From Dimorphilus gyrociliatus (taxonomy: Eukaryota > Animalia > Annelida), in NCBI GenBank assembly GCA_904063045.1, contig CAJFCJ010000002.1, positions 248,001-312,000 on the forward strand: a stretch of 64,000 nucleotides of DNA. The letters run 5' to 3'. Positions 26,533 to 39,345 of the stretch are shown here, piece by piece (position 1 is the stretch's first letter; every line of letters begins with the position of its first letter). The notes under the pieces were generated by a model. The model saw only the letters and a program-made list of their open reading frames with translations, ran no database searches and had not been told where the DNA came from. The translations under genes and the position numbers were made by a program.

Positions 26533-29186
26533 TCAGGCGAAAGGATTCTGTTAAAAATGAAAATATAAAGTAATTAACAATAACAGATATATTGTGTTAT
26601 GAAAATACCGAGTTTTGAGCCAATGGCGCAGTGCTAGTTTGCATATCATTGATACTTGGCGAATTCTTCTTAAACATAGTCTTCTCCGGCTTTCCGAGGG
26701 GATCTAAAGAAGAAAATGGATCCGAAATAGCTCCAACTGTTGGTTGTAATACATTTTCTGGCTGAGTAGTATTACGTTGTGGTACTGGTGGGGGACCGCT
26801 TTGCTGAACTGGAAACGGCTGATGGTTATTCATTTGCATAAAACTTGTGTTGTTAAAAGCTGGTGGACCTCCGAATGCAGGTGCGTTACCGAATCCAAAG
26901 TTATTCATGTTATTCATAGTACCGCTAGCTGGATTAGAATTAAAGGGCATTGCGTTTGTTGTGTTCATGCTACCTATCATGCTGTTAGTCGTGGGCGCTG
27001 GAAAGGCGTTAAAAGCCGAATCGCTAGAGGCCGAAAATATAGGCTGGGAACTAATTCCCGTCCCTTTTGAAGGGATAGGTGGGTTTGTGGTTTTAAACGG
27101 GTCATTAAAGGTCGGTAAATCAACTGGTTTGAATGCAAGAGCAGAACCTCCAGCGTCTTCATCCAGATTTTCAAACGGCGGGGGATTCTTGAACGTAGGC
27201 ATTCCTTGGTCCAAATTTTGTTGTTTTTGTTGCTGTTGTGGCTGCTGTGGCTGTTGAGTCTGTTGCTGCTGTATTGCTGCTTGCTGCTTATCATCCTATA
27301 AAATAAGTGCAAATTTGCATTGTATAATAAATGTAGTTTGATTGAAGAAAGTTATCTACATCAAAGGACACGGGAAAGGCTGGATGTGCTGAGGGATTGG
27401 ATTGGGGAGTTGGAGTATTCCACGGTTCAGGGGCCGAGGTTGGAGATTCTTTGCTCTGAAATAGGAAAAAATGTTTAAAAATTTTCCGACAGTTTACAAT
27501 AACTTACTAATCCAAGACCTCCAAACATGTCTAAAAGGTTGTCTTCTTTCTTCTCTTCAGGCTTTTGGGGCAAATCAGCAGTTCCACTGGCTCCTCCCTG
27601 TTATATTACAATGCTATTTAGTCAATTATGTAAACTAAGATTAATTAACTGTTAAAAAGACGCACGCTTTCTGAATCAGTTTTGTTGGTTTTTACACTAG
27701 CTTCTTCCTCTTCCTTGGATTCAGCTGTCTCTTCTGTGCCTTCAATCTCTTTCTTTTTCAATTCATAAACCACTTGGAATAAATCTTTTAGAGCAGTCAC
27801 AACTTGATCGGCCGCTTGCATAGTCTTTATTCCAAAATATTCGTGTTTACCATCATCTTTCCCGTAGATATAACCAAAAGCTCTTGCGTCATTTGGGTCA
27901 CGAGATATGAAGGATATTCTGTGGACGTGATGCTGATGTAAAACAGCCTGTTAACAAAATTTTTCATTGAAAATTATATTTGGTCATTGCAAATTATGAA
28001 CAATACCCTTGACTTTTCGTCCAGTATCTGTAATCCAGTCAGGTTTATGTTTAAAATTATTCGTGGTTTATGAATGCCGGAGCCTCTAAGGTTCTGCTGG
28101 GCTATAAACTTTAGTTTGTTCATGGTATCTACACAAATTTTATCCCCTCTTGGTTCGGCTACTTCTTCATGACCAATTAACTTTGCTTTGAAGTCTACTC
28201 CTTCACCCTCGAATCGGTTGAGTGGAGCTTTTTCTGGAGAAAAAAAATGATTCTTTGATATTATAAATACTTTGTCCTACTTTTCTTCATGGTTATCGCC
28301 GCAGGTGAATTTTCAATTAAATACTGTGTCCTATTCCTATTAATTTTTAAGTTTAAGAGCATAAAAAGATATTTAGCTGAAATAAAAACGACGAAAAAAA
28401 CCCAGCTATTCCACGTTAAAGATCAATAAGAAACTACCTTTGTGCATTTTCTCCCAATCGCTTCTCAAATAACCAAAAGCTAGGTCCAGAATCGATAATA
28501 TAATGAACTTTTAATACTTATTACTTATGAAAATTGATTAAAATTCTATTTTTAAAACATTTGTATTTGTTCAAAGCTTACAGTAGTAAAGTCCAAGATA
28601 GAATTAGGTAAAGGTTTAGATTCACGCTACTATCCGAAAGATGAGAAGGCGTTAAATGAACCGTTTATAACAGAAATTCGTAACGCTTTAACAATTATTC
28701 AATTTGAAATTGACTAATGAATATTTATACAGCATAAAAATAGATAAAAACTATATATAATTCCCTCTTGTTTTATTTTGATTACGTAAGAGGAACTGTG
28801 TGTGTTTTTCAGTAAACAATTATTGTTTAAAATAAAGGCTAAGACTCCTTAGATAATGTTATTTTTCAGTGCTAAATTTTTGTTAATTCCCTCGTTATCT
28901 TCTAATCAGATGCGAAAATAGAAACCAATTACCGCCCACTTTTGAACAATCTTTCGCACTTAACACTTATTATGTAATAGGACTATTGTTAAACTTTCAT
29001 TAATCACGATCTCTGTAAAATAATAACTGCTTATTTGTATAGAAAAAGCTAATTTTAAGAAGTTTATTAAACAAGTTTGAACTTAACAGCTCATAGTATT
29101 ATTAATCTTATTATAAGTCACTGAAAAAGCTTACCTTGCTGGTTTTCATTTCTAGAAATATTGATATTAACTGTCAAAGAAGGCAT
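26533..29186 (-). CDS. DAB: Disabled (Dab) PTB-domain endocytic adaptor, multi-exon
   Basis: PTB domain RFEGEGVDFKAKLIG...RISFISRDPNDARAFGY...LKDLFQVVY (~28233-27760); poly-Q stretch; DPF motifs. Final 15-nt exon 26547-26533 encodes NPFA*, an EH-binding NPF. The start exon is uncertain (see findings). Confidence 0.88.
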
Positions 29187-30199
29187 ATTGCCTCTTCAAT
29201 AAACTAAATAACTTGATTCCACTTAAAACTGTAAATCGAGAATGAAGTCAAACGCCTTCGTAATTATCATTTATATCAATTATGAATATTAATTTGCGTA
29301 CGCCTTTCGTGATAAAGCACACGCACACAGAACATCCCTCTTGCATTCCACATTCTGAATATTATTCTTGCTTATTACTTGTATTTTTCTTCTGGCCTAA
29401 TTTTAACAAGTTTCAAATTTTCGATATTAAATTATGTTTATAATTAAATTGCATGTAGCGTTTCGTTTAGGCATAATATTAGGATTAAATAAAAAAATAT
29501 GTTCTATATTTCGTAAAGTCCTATAGAGGGAGTGATTGTCTATTTAGATTCTTGTAAATAAATATAAGTTTCTTTGCTTTTATATCAATTTTTCCGCTTC
29601 CTGCTTATAACTTGATTCCTAGTTTCTCTTACTTCTTCTGATATTGCTTTAAAAGTGATATTGCTTTAATAGATTTTCCTCTCTTATGACAATTTGTAAA
29701 CCTATCTTACTTTTATTAGTATTGGATATTGAACATTTAACTTAACAATGAGTCGATCTATTGATCGAAACTGAGAATAAGCAATTCAAAAATTTTGTAA
29801 CGTTATACTATGCATTTTAATCGTTGACTATGCATTAGTTCTTATCCCAAATGTGGGTAATGGTATTTTCATTAAAATTACACGTTTTATCTCTATTTTT
29901 TTTACTATTGATAGTAAACACTAGGTTAAAAGAACGCTTATGAAAATATCGTGTTAGTCAATCTTTCAATATGGCAAGTATATTAACTAAAAGAAGATAT
30001 TAATAACTCATATTTTATTTTTAGTGGAATAGTATGGCTCTCTAATTTTAAATGAAGAACCTACCAGAATACCTCTAAATTTGTAGTAGGTCTATCATAA
30101 CTTTAAATTTTTAGCTTAATTTAGTCATTTGTTTTTAGACATCCGACTCGTTCTATATAGTTTTATATTAAAAAGTTTGTTTCTACGTATTTGTAAATT

Positions 30200-31987
30200 A
30201 TGAGTGGAGAAGATCAAATTTTCATAAGAAAAGGAAAACGTATCAGATTAGAGGCTTTCCAACACCAGGTATTTACTTTTCTTTTATATCACTTAAACAA
30301 TGAACCAAGCTATTCAATCAATGTTCAATATAAAATATTCAGTCCTAATTCTAGAATAATTACAAATGAACTTTGTAGCAAGCGTATTATTCTTCCTTTA
30401 AGAAATCGATGCAATGGAACGTTAGCTTTTTAACTAGAATAAGCAGTACCTTGAATATTGTACTAATAAAATATAACCTTACTTGCACTCTTTTTATTGA
30501 TGCTCTCTAAACAGTCGGTATCTATAATAAAGTTCAGATATCTGTCTTTTTTTTCTTTTTCTACCACGGTGTAAACCTTTTATTAGCCTGATATCATGAC
30601 TAATATAGGTAGCTTGTAGTATTCTTTTTTAAAGCTCTATTAATTAACAACAATATTATGGGGTGAATGGTTGAATGAATGAAATATAATCTGTTTTTCT
30701 CATTGTCAAAAATTGGAACACCTCTGTCAGTTGACACGGAGTTTAATACAATATATAAATTAAAGTTTTCATTATTAAATTGCAATAAGTGCATGCTTTG
30801 ATAATAAAATGCTTAGGTACATTTACTATATTTTTTTTGCTACTAATAAGCAATTTGTACTTTAAATAGGTCGGAGGACATACTCCAATCTTTAAATGTG
30901 GCTATTCGACAGTATGTAAAGCTTTTAATAGACGAGAATATTTTATATATATCTCTGCCAGTCCTGAACTGGAATCATTTTTACCGAAACTAATAGGTAA
31001 TTTTATCTATTTATTGAACATAGCGGGTATAATTAAAAATAGAATAACGATATAATCATATAATAGGCCTGATGGAAGTTGGATATGCACATAGTGAAGG
31101 AGATATCGAAATTTATGGTCAACAAATACAGCTACTTGATAAAGACCGATTTCTCTATAAAAAAGAAAATCAATTTCTTCTGAAATCTGATTGTCCGCAA
31201 AAGGACGTTACGGAAGAGGTTCATAGATCCTCAGTTGAAAAACTATTCCTTCATTCAGACCGATTACAACCATCTACTGGAATTTCCAATCCATATAGCA
31301 ATAGCACTTATGTCAGAGCTTTAGAAAGACTAAAAGATCGTAAACCGCCACATTATTTTACTCTTTTAGAGGATCTTACTCATTCTTTTAGTCGGCCATG
31401 CGTTTTAGACTTGAAAATGGGAACAAGACTTTACGGTGATGATGCTAGTGAAGAGAGGGTTGTTTTTCATAAAATTCAATCTGAAATGACAACATCCTGT
31501 AGGCTAGGAGTTCGAGTAGGTGGCATGCAGGTTGGATATTGTATTTAATTATTGCTTGTTAATCCGTCTAACAGTCCTTTTTTGTACATTTCAGTTGTTT
31601 AAAAGGGAGCAGAATAAATATTTATGCTATGGAAAGCATCATGGCAAAGCCTTAGATGATGAAGGATTCAAAGAATGTATACTTGAGTTTGTGAAACATA
31701 ATAACAATTTTCGATTCGACCTCATAGGGATATTGGTAGAACGTCTGAAAACTCTAAGGAAGATCATATTGAAAATGGATGGTTGGCGATTTTTTTCGTC
31801 ATCTCTCTTGATCATATATGAAGGCTTTGAAGCTTCCACTTCTAGGATAGATATTAAAATGATTGACTTTACTCGCTCTACCAATGGAAAATTTTTAGAT
31901 GATAGGATTGTTCATAATGGTCCAGACGATGGATATATTTTAGGAATAAATACCTTGATCAATATTTTTGAAAATTTAGGTTCTTAG
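30200..31987 (+). CDS. IP6K: Inositol hexakisphosphate kinase, 4 exons
   Basis: LEAFQHQ|VGGH junction; PCVLDLKMGTR (PxxxDxKxG); GDDASEE; LGVRVGGMQ; FFSSSLLIIYEG; IKMIDF. Confidence 0.88.
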
Positions 31988-32215
31988 CTTTCCTTTTTTG
32001 AGGCAATTTTAACGAATAAGCATTTGTTTAGTACATTTATTGTTTTTGTAAGCAAATTGATTTTTTTTCAATAAAACAGTCTGCAAAAGTTTTTTTTAGA
32101 TCTGAATGTTTTGCCGCTCAAATAGGTCATTGCATTTTAGTATTGAAAGTTAAGTGGAATCACTTTCGTTCCTTTATCGTCCAACAAAATTCATCTAGTA
32201 TCGCCTGTCATCAAC

Positions 32216-35200
32216 ATGAGTGCGTTATTTAAGTCTCATTCAGTTGATTCCGAATCTAGTTTTCTCCGTATTAAAGTAAAGAGTGCAACTTTTGCGCAAA
32301 GCGGATCAGAAGAAGATTGCAAAAGTGTTTTATCAGAGTTAGAGAGTTTAAATGATCTCTCTTTAACACAACTGTATCAAGTTGTCTTATTTACAACTCG
32401 AATGATACTAAGAAAAGGTAAAAATAAAGAGTCAATAGAAATAAGGTGTTATAAAATTATGCAGAATGTTTTCAATAATATCAAATTATCCAAAATGGAA
32501 ATCTTCGAAGATGTGTTTAATATGCTTTGCCTTTATCTACAACCAATTGGGAATAAACCGGGTGAAATTATAAATAAGTCTGAAGAGCTTAAGATGGAAA
32601 TCACTACAACTTTAATGTCTCTTATTAAATGTAGTCAACAAGAATTACATTTAAGCATTTATTCACCCAAATTTCTCCCAGCCTTAGGTCATGCTGTATG
32701 TATACTAATTGCATTGGCTGGAAAAGAATTGTCTAGGGGTTTAATATTGTGCTCAATCAACGCTTTGAGAACTATAACTTGGGTTGACAATACTGACGAG
32801 AAGATTCTTCAAAAATTATCTCACTTACTATCTTCATTCCTACCTGGAATATCTAATTGTTTGTTAAGAATTGCAAAAGCCGACAACAAATTGGGGGAAG
32901 CTATTATATCTTCATCTGTGCAGCTACTAGGGGACTTGATCGCTCTAGTCCTTTCTGATAAGTATACAACTTTTCAGTGTGATGAGACGAATGAACTTTT
33001 AATCAACAGAACTGAAGAGTGGTACCAGAACACATCATTTAAAATAAAATATTGCATTGATGCTGTTTTAAAAATAATTGCACCGAATCAATGGCGTGTT
33101 AGATATTCTTTGTTATGTTTTAGTGAAAAGTTGTTAATTAATTGTCGGACTACGTTAAAAAAATGCATTCCAGCATTAATTCAGATTATAGCAATATCTT
33201 CGTATGATGATTATGAAAAGATAAAAATAAGAGCAAGGGAGAATATTGATTTAATTAAAAAGACTTTTCCAGACATTGATCTTCTCTTAGAAGAGAACTT
33301 ATTCGAATTTTGCAAATCTTTGCTATCCTTTGTAAATGCGTCTAATGATGAAAAGAACCTTTCAACATTGAAATTGTTAAGAGCCAACTTAGAACTTTTA
33401 AACTCAAAACTTGAATCAGTATTCCTCTCAACTAGCCATTTAAATCGACTGTTACAAGGACTTTTTCATTTATTAAAATTCAATTGCTCTTCGTTATCAT
33501 ACTTGGAAGTAAAGAATTTTGATATACCACTAACTGACAATGAACTACATATATATCGTGGAAGAAGAAAATATGACTTTGTTAATTTCACTGATAATGC
33601 AATTTTATTAGAAATTATCCAATGTTCCAAATTACTCGGACGATATTCAAATTTCCAAATGCTGTCTGATTTTCTATTGGAATTTATTCTAAATTCTGAA
33701 ATTCATAGAAAGGAGGCTCTATTCATCCTTAATAATGCAATTTTAGGTTCAGATAAAAATTCTGAAGATATTTACATAAAACTCCTTGAAGAATATTCGA
33801 ACGCAGAATTGATTGATATTAATACTTCTCAGAACTTTATATTTCCTAAAAGTGATAACAGTTGGGATTTGCTACCAATAAATAAACAAACCTCAAATAT
33901 AGTAAATTTCCAGGCATTAAATAACAACGTTATTCAAGTTTGTTTAATACTTGAAGGATTAGCCAATTTGTCTGAAGTCTTAAAGGAAAAGTTTAAATTG
34001 CATTTAATGACTATTCTATATCTTGTTTTAGAAAAAATAGGTAATGACAATTATCTTGTCAGTGAGGAAGCGTTTCACGTTCTGCAAGACATTTCCAAGA
34101 ATTGTTCTTATACGTCAGTCGCACATCTCCTCTCTGATAATATGGACTATCTTATGAATTCTATTTCTATAAAATTAAGACATTTGTCGACGTTTCCCAA
34201 TTCCCCATCCATTCTAAGAGTTGCTCTAACTTACGGTGATGAAAGGATGATAGAATTTGTTGATGACATAATGTTAAAGATACTTGACTCACTTGATAAC
34301 TGTGAAGCCGAAGAAATGAATTTAGAATTTCTAAAAGTGTTACATGCCTTTGTGGGATCCATTATTAAATGGAAAACACTAGATGTTATTGAAACTGAGA
34401 AAGAAGAGATAAAAAAGGAAGAGGATATTGACTTAGTAGATTGCCTTTTGAAATATCATCAGGAGCAAGAAAACGAAAGGAAACGCCTAGAAGAGGAGCT
34501 AAATAACTCAGATGAAATTTCATCAGACGAAGAACCCGAATCTAATCCTAATCTAGAGTCTGAAGACAGAGAGGTTACTAAAGATATAAAACTAGTTGAA
34601 CAGGTAGGCCTGAGATGTGTTCATTTGTTATCGAAAGGGAATCCAAGAGTTCGTTTATTAGCATTGGAAACTTGTAATAATGTGTTCAAGTGTTTAAAGA
34701 ACCATCAAAATATCCTTCTACCTCTTATTCATAAAATATGGCCCCCTTATTGCGAACGTTTTAATGATAAAGAAGCCCCTGTGGCTTTAAGAGCAATGCA
34801 AATTCTACAAACGATGGTTGCTGTCTCAAAAGACTTCACTCAGCAGCGTCTAAAGACAAACGTAATACCGAAGATCCGTACTTTTTTGGAAAAACAAGCA
34901 CAATTAAGCAGATTGGCCTCCATAAACTCTTTTAAGTATACAAATGCCTGCAAGTATTTATTGAACATATTAAAATCTCTTGGAAAGCTGTGCAAAAACG
35001 CTCAAATAGTTGGCATGAATTTGAACCATCTCATTTATTGTGCATTACCATACTTGAGCTGTCATCAACCTGAAATCGTTCAAATTGCCGCAAAAGAATT
35101 ATACGCAGACTTTGCCAGATGTGATGAAGATCAAGTTTGGTTGTTTTTGCACGACCTTTTGGTAAACAATAGTTCTGACGATGAATATCGCAATTGTGCA

Positions 35201-35236
35201 TTAGATATAGCAAAGATTTTGAACATATATTTTTAG
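32216..35236 (+). CDS. TTI1: TELO2-interacting protein 1 (TTT complex HEAT-repeat protein), single exon, 1006 aa
   Basis: Uninterrupted helical ORF with SFLPGIS, DYLMNSISIKLRH, RVRLLALETC and LLPLIHKIWPP motifs typical of TTI1. Confidence 0.85.
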   Translation: MSALFKSHSVDSESSFLRIKVKSATFAQSGSEEDCKSVLSELESLNDLSLTQLYQVVLFTTRMILRKGKNKESIEIRCYKIMQNVFNNIKLSKMEIFEDVFNMLCLYLQPIGNKPGEIINKSEELKMEITTTLMSLIKCSQQELHLSIYSPKFLPALGHAVCILIALAGKELSRGLILCSINALRTITWVDNTDEKILQKLSHLLSSFLPGISNCLLRIAKADNKLGEAIISSSVQLLGDLIALVLSDKYTTFQCDETNELLINRTEEWYQNTSFKIKYCIDAVLKIIAPNQWRVRYSLLCFSEKLLINCRTTLKKCIPALIQIIAISSYDDYEKIKIRARENIDLIKKTFPDIDLLLEENLFEFCKSLLSFVNASNDEKNLSTLKLLRANLELLNSKLESVFLSTSHLNRLLQGLFHLLKFNCSSLSYLEVKNFDIPLTDNELHIYRGRRKYDFVNFTDNAILLEIIQCSKLLGRYSNFQMLSDFLLEFILNSEIHRKEALFILNNAILGSDKNSEDIYIKLLEEYSNAELIDINTSQNFIFPKSDNSWDLLPINKQTSNIVNFQALNNNVIQVCLILEGLANLSEVLKEKFKLHLMTILYLVLEKIGNDNYLVSEEAFHVLQDISKNCSYTSVAHLLSDNMDYLMNSISIKLRHLSTFPNSPSILRVALTYGDERMIEFVDDIMLKILDSLDNCEAEEMNLEFLKVLHAFVGSIIKWKTLDVIETEKEEIKKEEDIDLVDCLLKYHQEQENERKRLEEELNNSDEISSDEEPESNPNLESEDREVTKDIKLVEQVGLRCVHLLSKGNPRVRLLALETCNNVFKCLKNHQNILLPLIHKIWPPYCERFNDKEAPVALRAMQILQTMVAVSKDFTQQRLKTNVIPKIRTFLEKQAQLSRLASINSFKYTNACKYLLNILKSLGKLCKNAQIVGMNLNHLIYCALPYLSCHQPEIVQIAAKELYADFARCDEDQVWLFLHDLLVNNSSDDEYRNCALDIAKILNIYF

Positions 35237-35392
35237 GCCTGAATTGAGATTTAAAAGATTCGTAAACAAAAATTTTAAGCATTTAAATAACATATTTGAT
35301 TGGCAAAACAAAATTAACAATTCTTTCACCATCCACCAACGTAACATGCGGTTAAAAACAGTCCCCCTCCCAATATAAAAATTGTACATTAC

Positions 35393-36805
35393 TTAATTAG
35401 TTGCCACGACAGTTCCTCTTCCTTTTCCTCCATAGAATCCTTGAACAGTATTATCTGGTCCTTTTGGTTGTCTTATAATTCCGCCATCTAAGATTCGTCT
35501 GGCCATACGAGGGCTGGTCCTTGGCGACATTTGAAAGTTCTGATTTCCTTTGTTATCCTGTTTTTTCCTCCAAGAGACTCCTAATTCGCCTCTCTGCATT
35601 CTAGGACTCGCGTTTGGACTAAAGACCGGACTTGCAGCTAGAGGGGAAGGCACAGGATTACTTCGGCGTCTAAACATTGGTGAACTTCTTGGGCTTGGTC
35701 CGGGACTGGAACGTGGCGAAGATTTCGGCGAGATAGCGGGACTAAGATGGTCTTTTTTTATTGCACCCCCATTAGGGTTCCTATTTCTTGAATAATATTC
35801 CAGGTTATCAGTTTCAGAACTTGAATCACCTCCTCCTCCCATGTTGGCTACTAATTCTCCAACTTTGGTTTTTTTCTTTGTCAATTTTTTCTTTTTCTCT
35901 TCATCATCCCCACCTTTCTTCTTGTTGGTGGCGAGTACATGAACTTTCATACCTTGGAAATCAGTAGTGTTGTTAAACAGCTCGACAGCCTTCTGCGCAC
36001 ATTCGTGTTTTTCGAATTCGATTATTGCACAAGGCTTGTCTGCCAAATCCGGATATTTCGATACATACTTTTTTACTTCCGGTGGATATGGCTTACCGAC
36101 CTTCAATAGGCGAACAAGGGTCACTTCTCCACAATCTTTAAATAGATCACCAACACCGCCAACTTGAGGATTATCTAATGGAATATTTATAGCAACAATT
36201 GATCTCGATGGTGTGGTTTCGTCATAGTCTGGCAAGGCTTCAAGACGTCTAACTTTGGTGTTTTCCGGGTTCACTTCCAACTTATCAGATTGTTTTAATG
36301 CATAAGCAACTACTCTGTAGTCTTTGGTCAAGCCTTTGACCCGTTTAAAAGACGTGATTAATTTAATGCTCACATAGCCTTGTTTGTTGCGACGCACGTG
36401 TTTCAACAAAAAAGCATCTTTGAGTATACTCTCGTTTGAAAAGTAGAACTCGACCTATAAATAGGGCAAAAAAAAGTTGTTTTTCAGAGTTTCTAATAAA
36501 AGAAATATTTACCTGCTGAATAATTCGTTGAAGCAAGTCTTCTTCTGGGACTACAAAGTCAGCAGCAGTTTGCTCCTCTCCCTCACTACCTATAAGATAA
36601 CATATTATGCATCATATAAATACAAGCTATTACGTAACCGACCTGTAAGGGAGCTATTCTGAACGTCGCTTCCACTTGTTGTTCTCACTCTTTCGTCTTC
36701 TTTTAATTCTTCCACACGAAGTGTCGGCGTTATTGGTCGTGCCGGTACAGTAAGATTTTCCGTAAGCGTTTCGCTCTCACTTGGTTGTATTTGTTCGCCT
36801 TCCAT
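35393..36805 (-). CDS. LARP6: La-related protein 6, 3 exons
   Basis: La motif QQ|VEFYFSNESILKDAFLLKHVRRNKQGYVSIKLITSFKRVK; RRM; C-terminal SUZ-C/LSA IIRQPKGPD. ATG 36805 links through phase-compatible introns. Confidence 0.92.
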
Positions 36806-37377
36806 TTCGGAGAATTCTTTGCTTATAACACACAAAAGGAGCAAGGTTATTGAAATTCTTTCGACGACGACAGCAGTTTTCGAGGTTCAAAAAACAAACA
36901 CTTTTTGAATCTCGTTACGTGTGTTGTTGTCCGCCGCGTGTTGTGTGATAACTGATTAGTCATCGAGATCACGTGGTGAATTTATAGTGAGAACCACTGA
37001 TTACTAAAACATTAGAACGTAGAAACTGAAATAAAGAGGAAAATTTGTTAACAGGTCGCTGATTGATCTAAATACACCAGGCAACGAATCAGCAATCAGG
37101 TAATATAAACTTCTAGAATGGTACTATCTTAGAGAGTCGTCAATCTATAAATTGTAGCAAATATTGTTCGTATATTTCTAAAATTTTGATATAAATAAAA
37201 AATATATATTTATCCTAAACTATTAAAAAAAATAAATATAACATGCATAGTATATAATAAATACGAAATATCCAACATGTCGGTATAGACTAAGTAGCAG
37301 AAAGAAAAGAGCAATTTTCTTTCTTATTTTTTGTTTAGAGATTGCGGGCTACCAAAAGAGGCCAAAACCACTTTGTA

Positions 37378-39030
37378 ATGTCGTCCAGTGTGAATGAATC
37401 TGATTCTGAAAGTGATGGAGGCTCTGTGTCGGAAAATGCATCAGTCGGATCCCCCGGCTCCCCTAGAAATAACTCTTCATCAGGAGGTTCACGTTCTCAA
37501 TCTGGTTCGCCCGCACCTGAAGTACAATCAGACTCCGGAAGTGAAGGAACTTCGCCGGTAATCAGAGGAAATAATAGGAGAGGATCGAAAACGAGTAGCA
37601 GACGCTCAAGGAATCGATCAAGGTCCGCATCAAGAACACCTTCTCAAACTTCATCTCACAGCGGCTCCCAAAGTCGCTCTAGAAGCCGTTCTCGCTCTGT
37701 GTCTGGCAGTGAGGGATCTCGTAGTAGAAATGGCAGCCCTGCCGGATCTCGATCACCCTCTGCATCTCCGAGTCGAAGTCACAGCCGAAGTAGAAGCCGA
37801 AGTGAAAGTCCTAGCGGAGGTCGCAGTAAAAGTCGTAGTAGGACTCCGAATCGTAGCCGCAGTCATAGTAGGAGTCAAAGCAGAAGTCGTAGTCGTAGCG
37901 TCTCCAGTTCGGGTAGTGAAGTGGGACGTAAGCCTAAACGCAAAAAGGACGAAACCACAGCTGAAGATATTTTTGGGGAAGCTAGTGACATTAGTAGCTC
38001 TGATTCCGAGGATAATGTTAAACGTGGTGCAACAGAATCGGAAGAAGAAGATGACGATGACCAAGAAGATAAAGATGAAAAGCAGAAAGAAAAAGTGCCT
38101 GAAGTACGAGAGACAACAATTCATGCTGAAATTCCAAAAATTAGTACAAACTTAGGAAAGAATTTATATTTTGTTAAATTACCTAACTTCTTGTCAGTCG
38201 ACACACGACCGTTTGATCCGACAACTTATGAAGATGAAGTCGAAGATGATGACATTATGGATGAAGAAGGTCGAACAAGACTTAAACTTAAAGTAGAGAA
38301 TACTGTCCGATGGAGGTATGCTAAAGATAATGATGGTAATCCAATTCTCGACGATGAAGGAAATCCAATAAAGCAATCAAATGGAAGGATAGTTCGGTGG
38401 AGCGATGGATCTCTAAGTATGCATTTAGGCTCAGAAATCTTTGATGTTCATCCAATGAGTCTACAAAATGATTATAACCACCTTTTCATACGGCAAGGCA
38501 CTGGTCTTCAGGCACAGGCTATTTTTGGTTCGAAATTAACATTCAGACCTCATTCTACCGACTCTTTCACTCATCGAAAGATGACTATGTCCCTGGCTGA
38601 CAAAAGTAACAAGACAAGAAATATTAGAATCTTACCGATAGCTGGTAATGATCCGGAAAGCTTAAAAAACGCTTTAATGAAAAAGGAGGAAGAGAAGTTA
38701 CGCGCCTCACTCCGCCGTGAGAGCCAACAGAAAAGAATTAGGGAACGTCAACAACATTCTAGATTAAGCTCAGCCTATATCGAACATGACGATGATGATG
38801 ACAGCTCAATTAGTGCTATGAAGAATGCTTATAAACAAAAACTTAAAGATACAAAAGAGGATTTCTACTCTGATGATGACGAACCAGAACCCGATCGATA
38901 CAGTGATGATAGCGACATTGAGAGTAGGCGAAAAACCACTAAAAAGGCAGCAACAAGTAGTGATGAAGATGGAGAAGAACCTAATAGAAAACGATCGAAG
39001 GTGATTGACAGCAGCGACGATGATTTATAA
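37378..39030 (+). CDS. LEO1: PAF1 complex subunit LEO1, intronless CDS
   Basis: Leo1 domain [18 protein letters not shown]...[11 protein letters not shown]...[18 protein letters not shown]; RS-rich N-terminus; acidic C-terminus. Confidence 0.94.
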   Translation: MSSSVNESDSESDGGSVSENASVGSPGSPRNNSSSGGSRSQSGSPAPEVQSDSGSEGTSPVIRGNNRRGSKTSSRRSRNRSRSASRTPSQTSSHSGSQSRSRSRSRSVSGSEGSRSRNGSPAGSRSPSASPSRSHSRSRSRSESPSGGRSKSRSRTPNRSRSHSRSQSRSRSRSVSSSGSEVGRKPKRKKDETTAEDIFGEASDISSSDSEDNVKRGATESEEEDDDDQEDKDEKQKEKVPEVRETTIHAEIPKISTNLGKNLYFVKLPNFLSVDTRPFDPTTYEDEVEDDDIMDEEGRTRLKLKVENTVRWRYAKDNDGNPILDDEGNPIKQSNGRIVRWSDGSLSMHLGSEIFDVHPMSLQNDYNHLFIRQGTGLQAQAIFGSKLTFRPHSTDSFTHRKMTMSLADKSNKTRNIRILPIAGNDPESLKNALMKKEEEKLRASLRRESQQKRIRERQQHSRLSSAYIEHDDDDDSSISAMKNAYKQKLKDTKEDFYSDDDEPEPDRYSDDSDIESRRKTTKKAATSSDEDGEEPNRKRSKVIDSSDDDL

Positions 39031-39345
39031 ATTAACAGACCTTTTTTTTAAAAACTTATATTTTGTTATTACATATTGTTTGACTTACAAACTATTAAAA
39101 TAGAACACTATTAAATGACATCAATGATATATTTTTCGATTTTGGGATTACTTAATAATTTATTGGTACGTCTAAATTGAAAATTAATGACTTCCGTTAT
39201 GTCGATTGCTGTGGACTTAATAGAGTAATTAGAGATTATTTTAGCCCGTATCAATAGAAATCTGACACTAAACAATGAGCTTGGTCATTTATATCATCAC
39301 TTTGCAGTGATTCGAAATTGTTACACTCTGAGCGAGATGATTACA

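Noticed and set aside
26777-27312. Overlapping ORFs 26777-27070(+), 26847-27257(+) and 26977-27312(-)
   Set aside because: Antisense or alternate-frame shadows of the low-complexity Dab exon.
37709-38376. ORFs overlapping LEO1 in other frames or strand
   Set aside because: By-products of RS/DE repeat codon usage.
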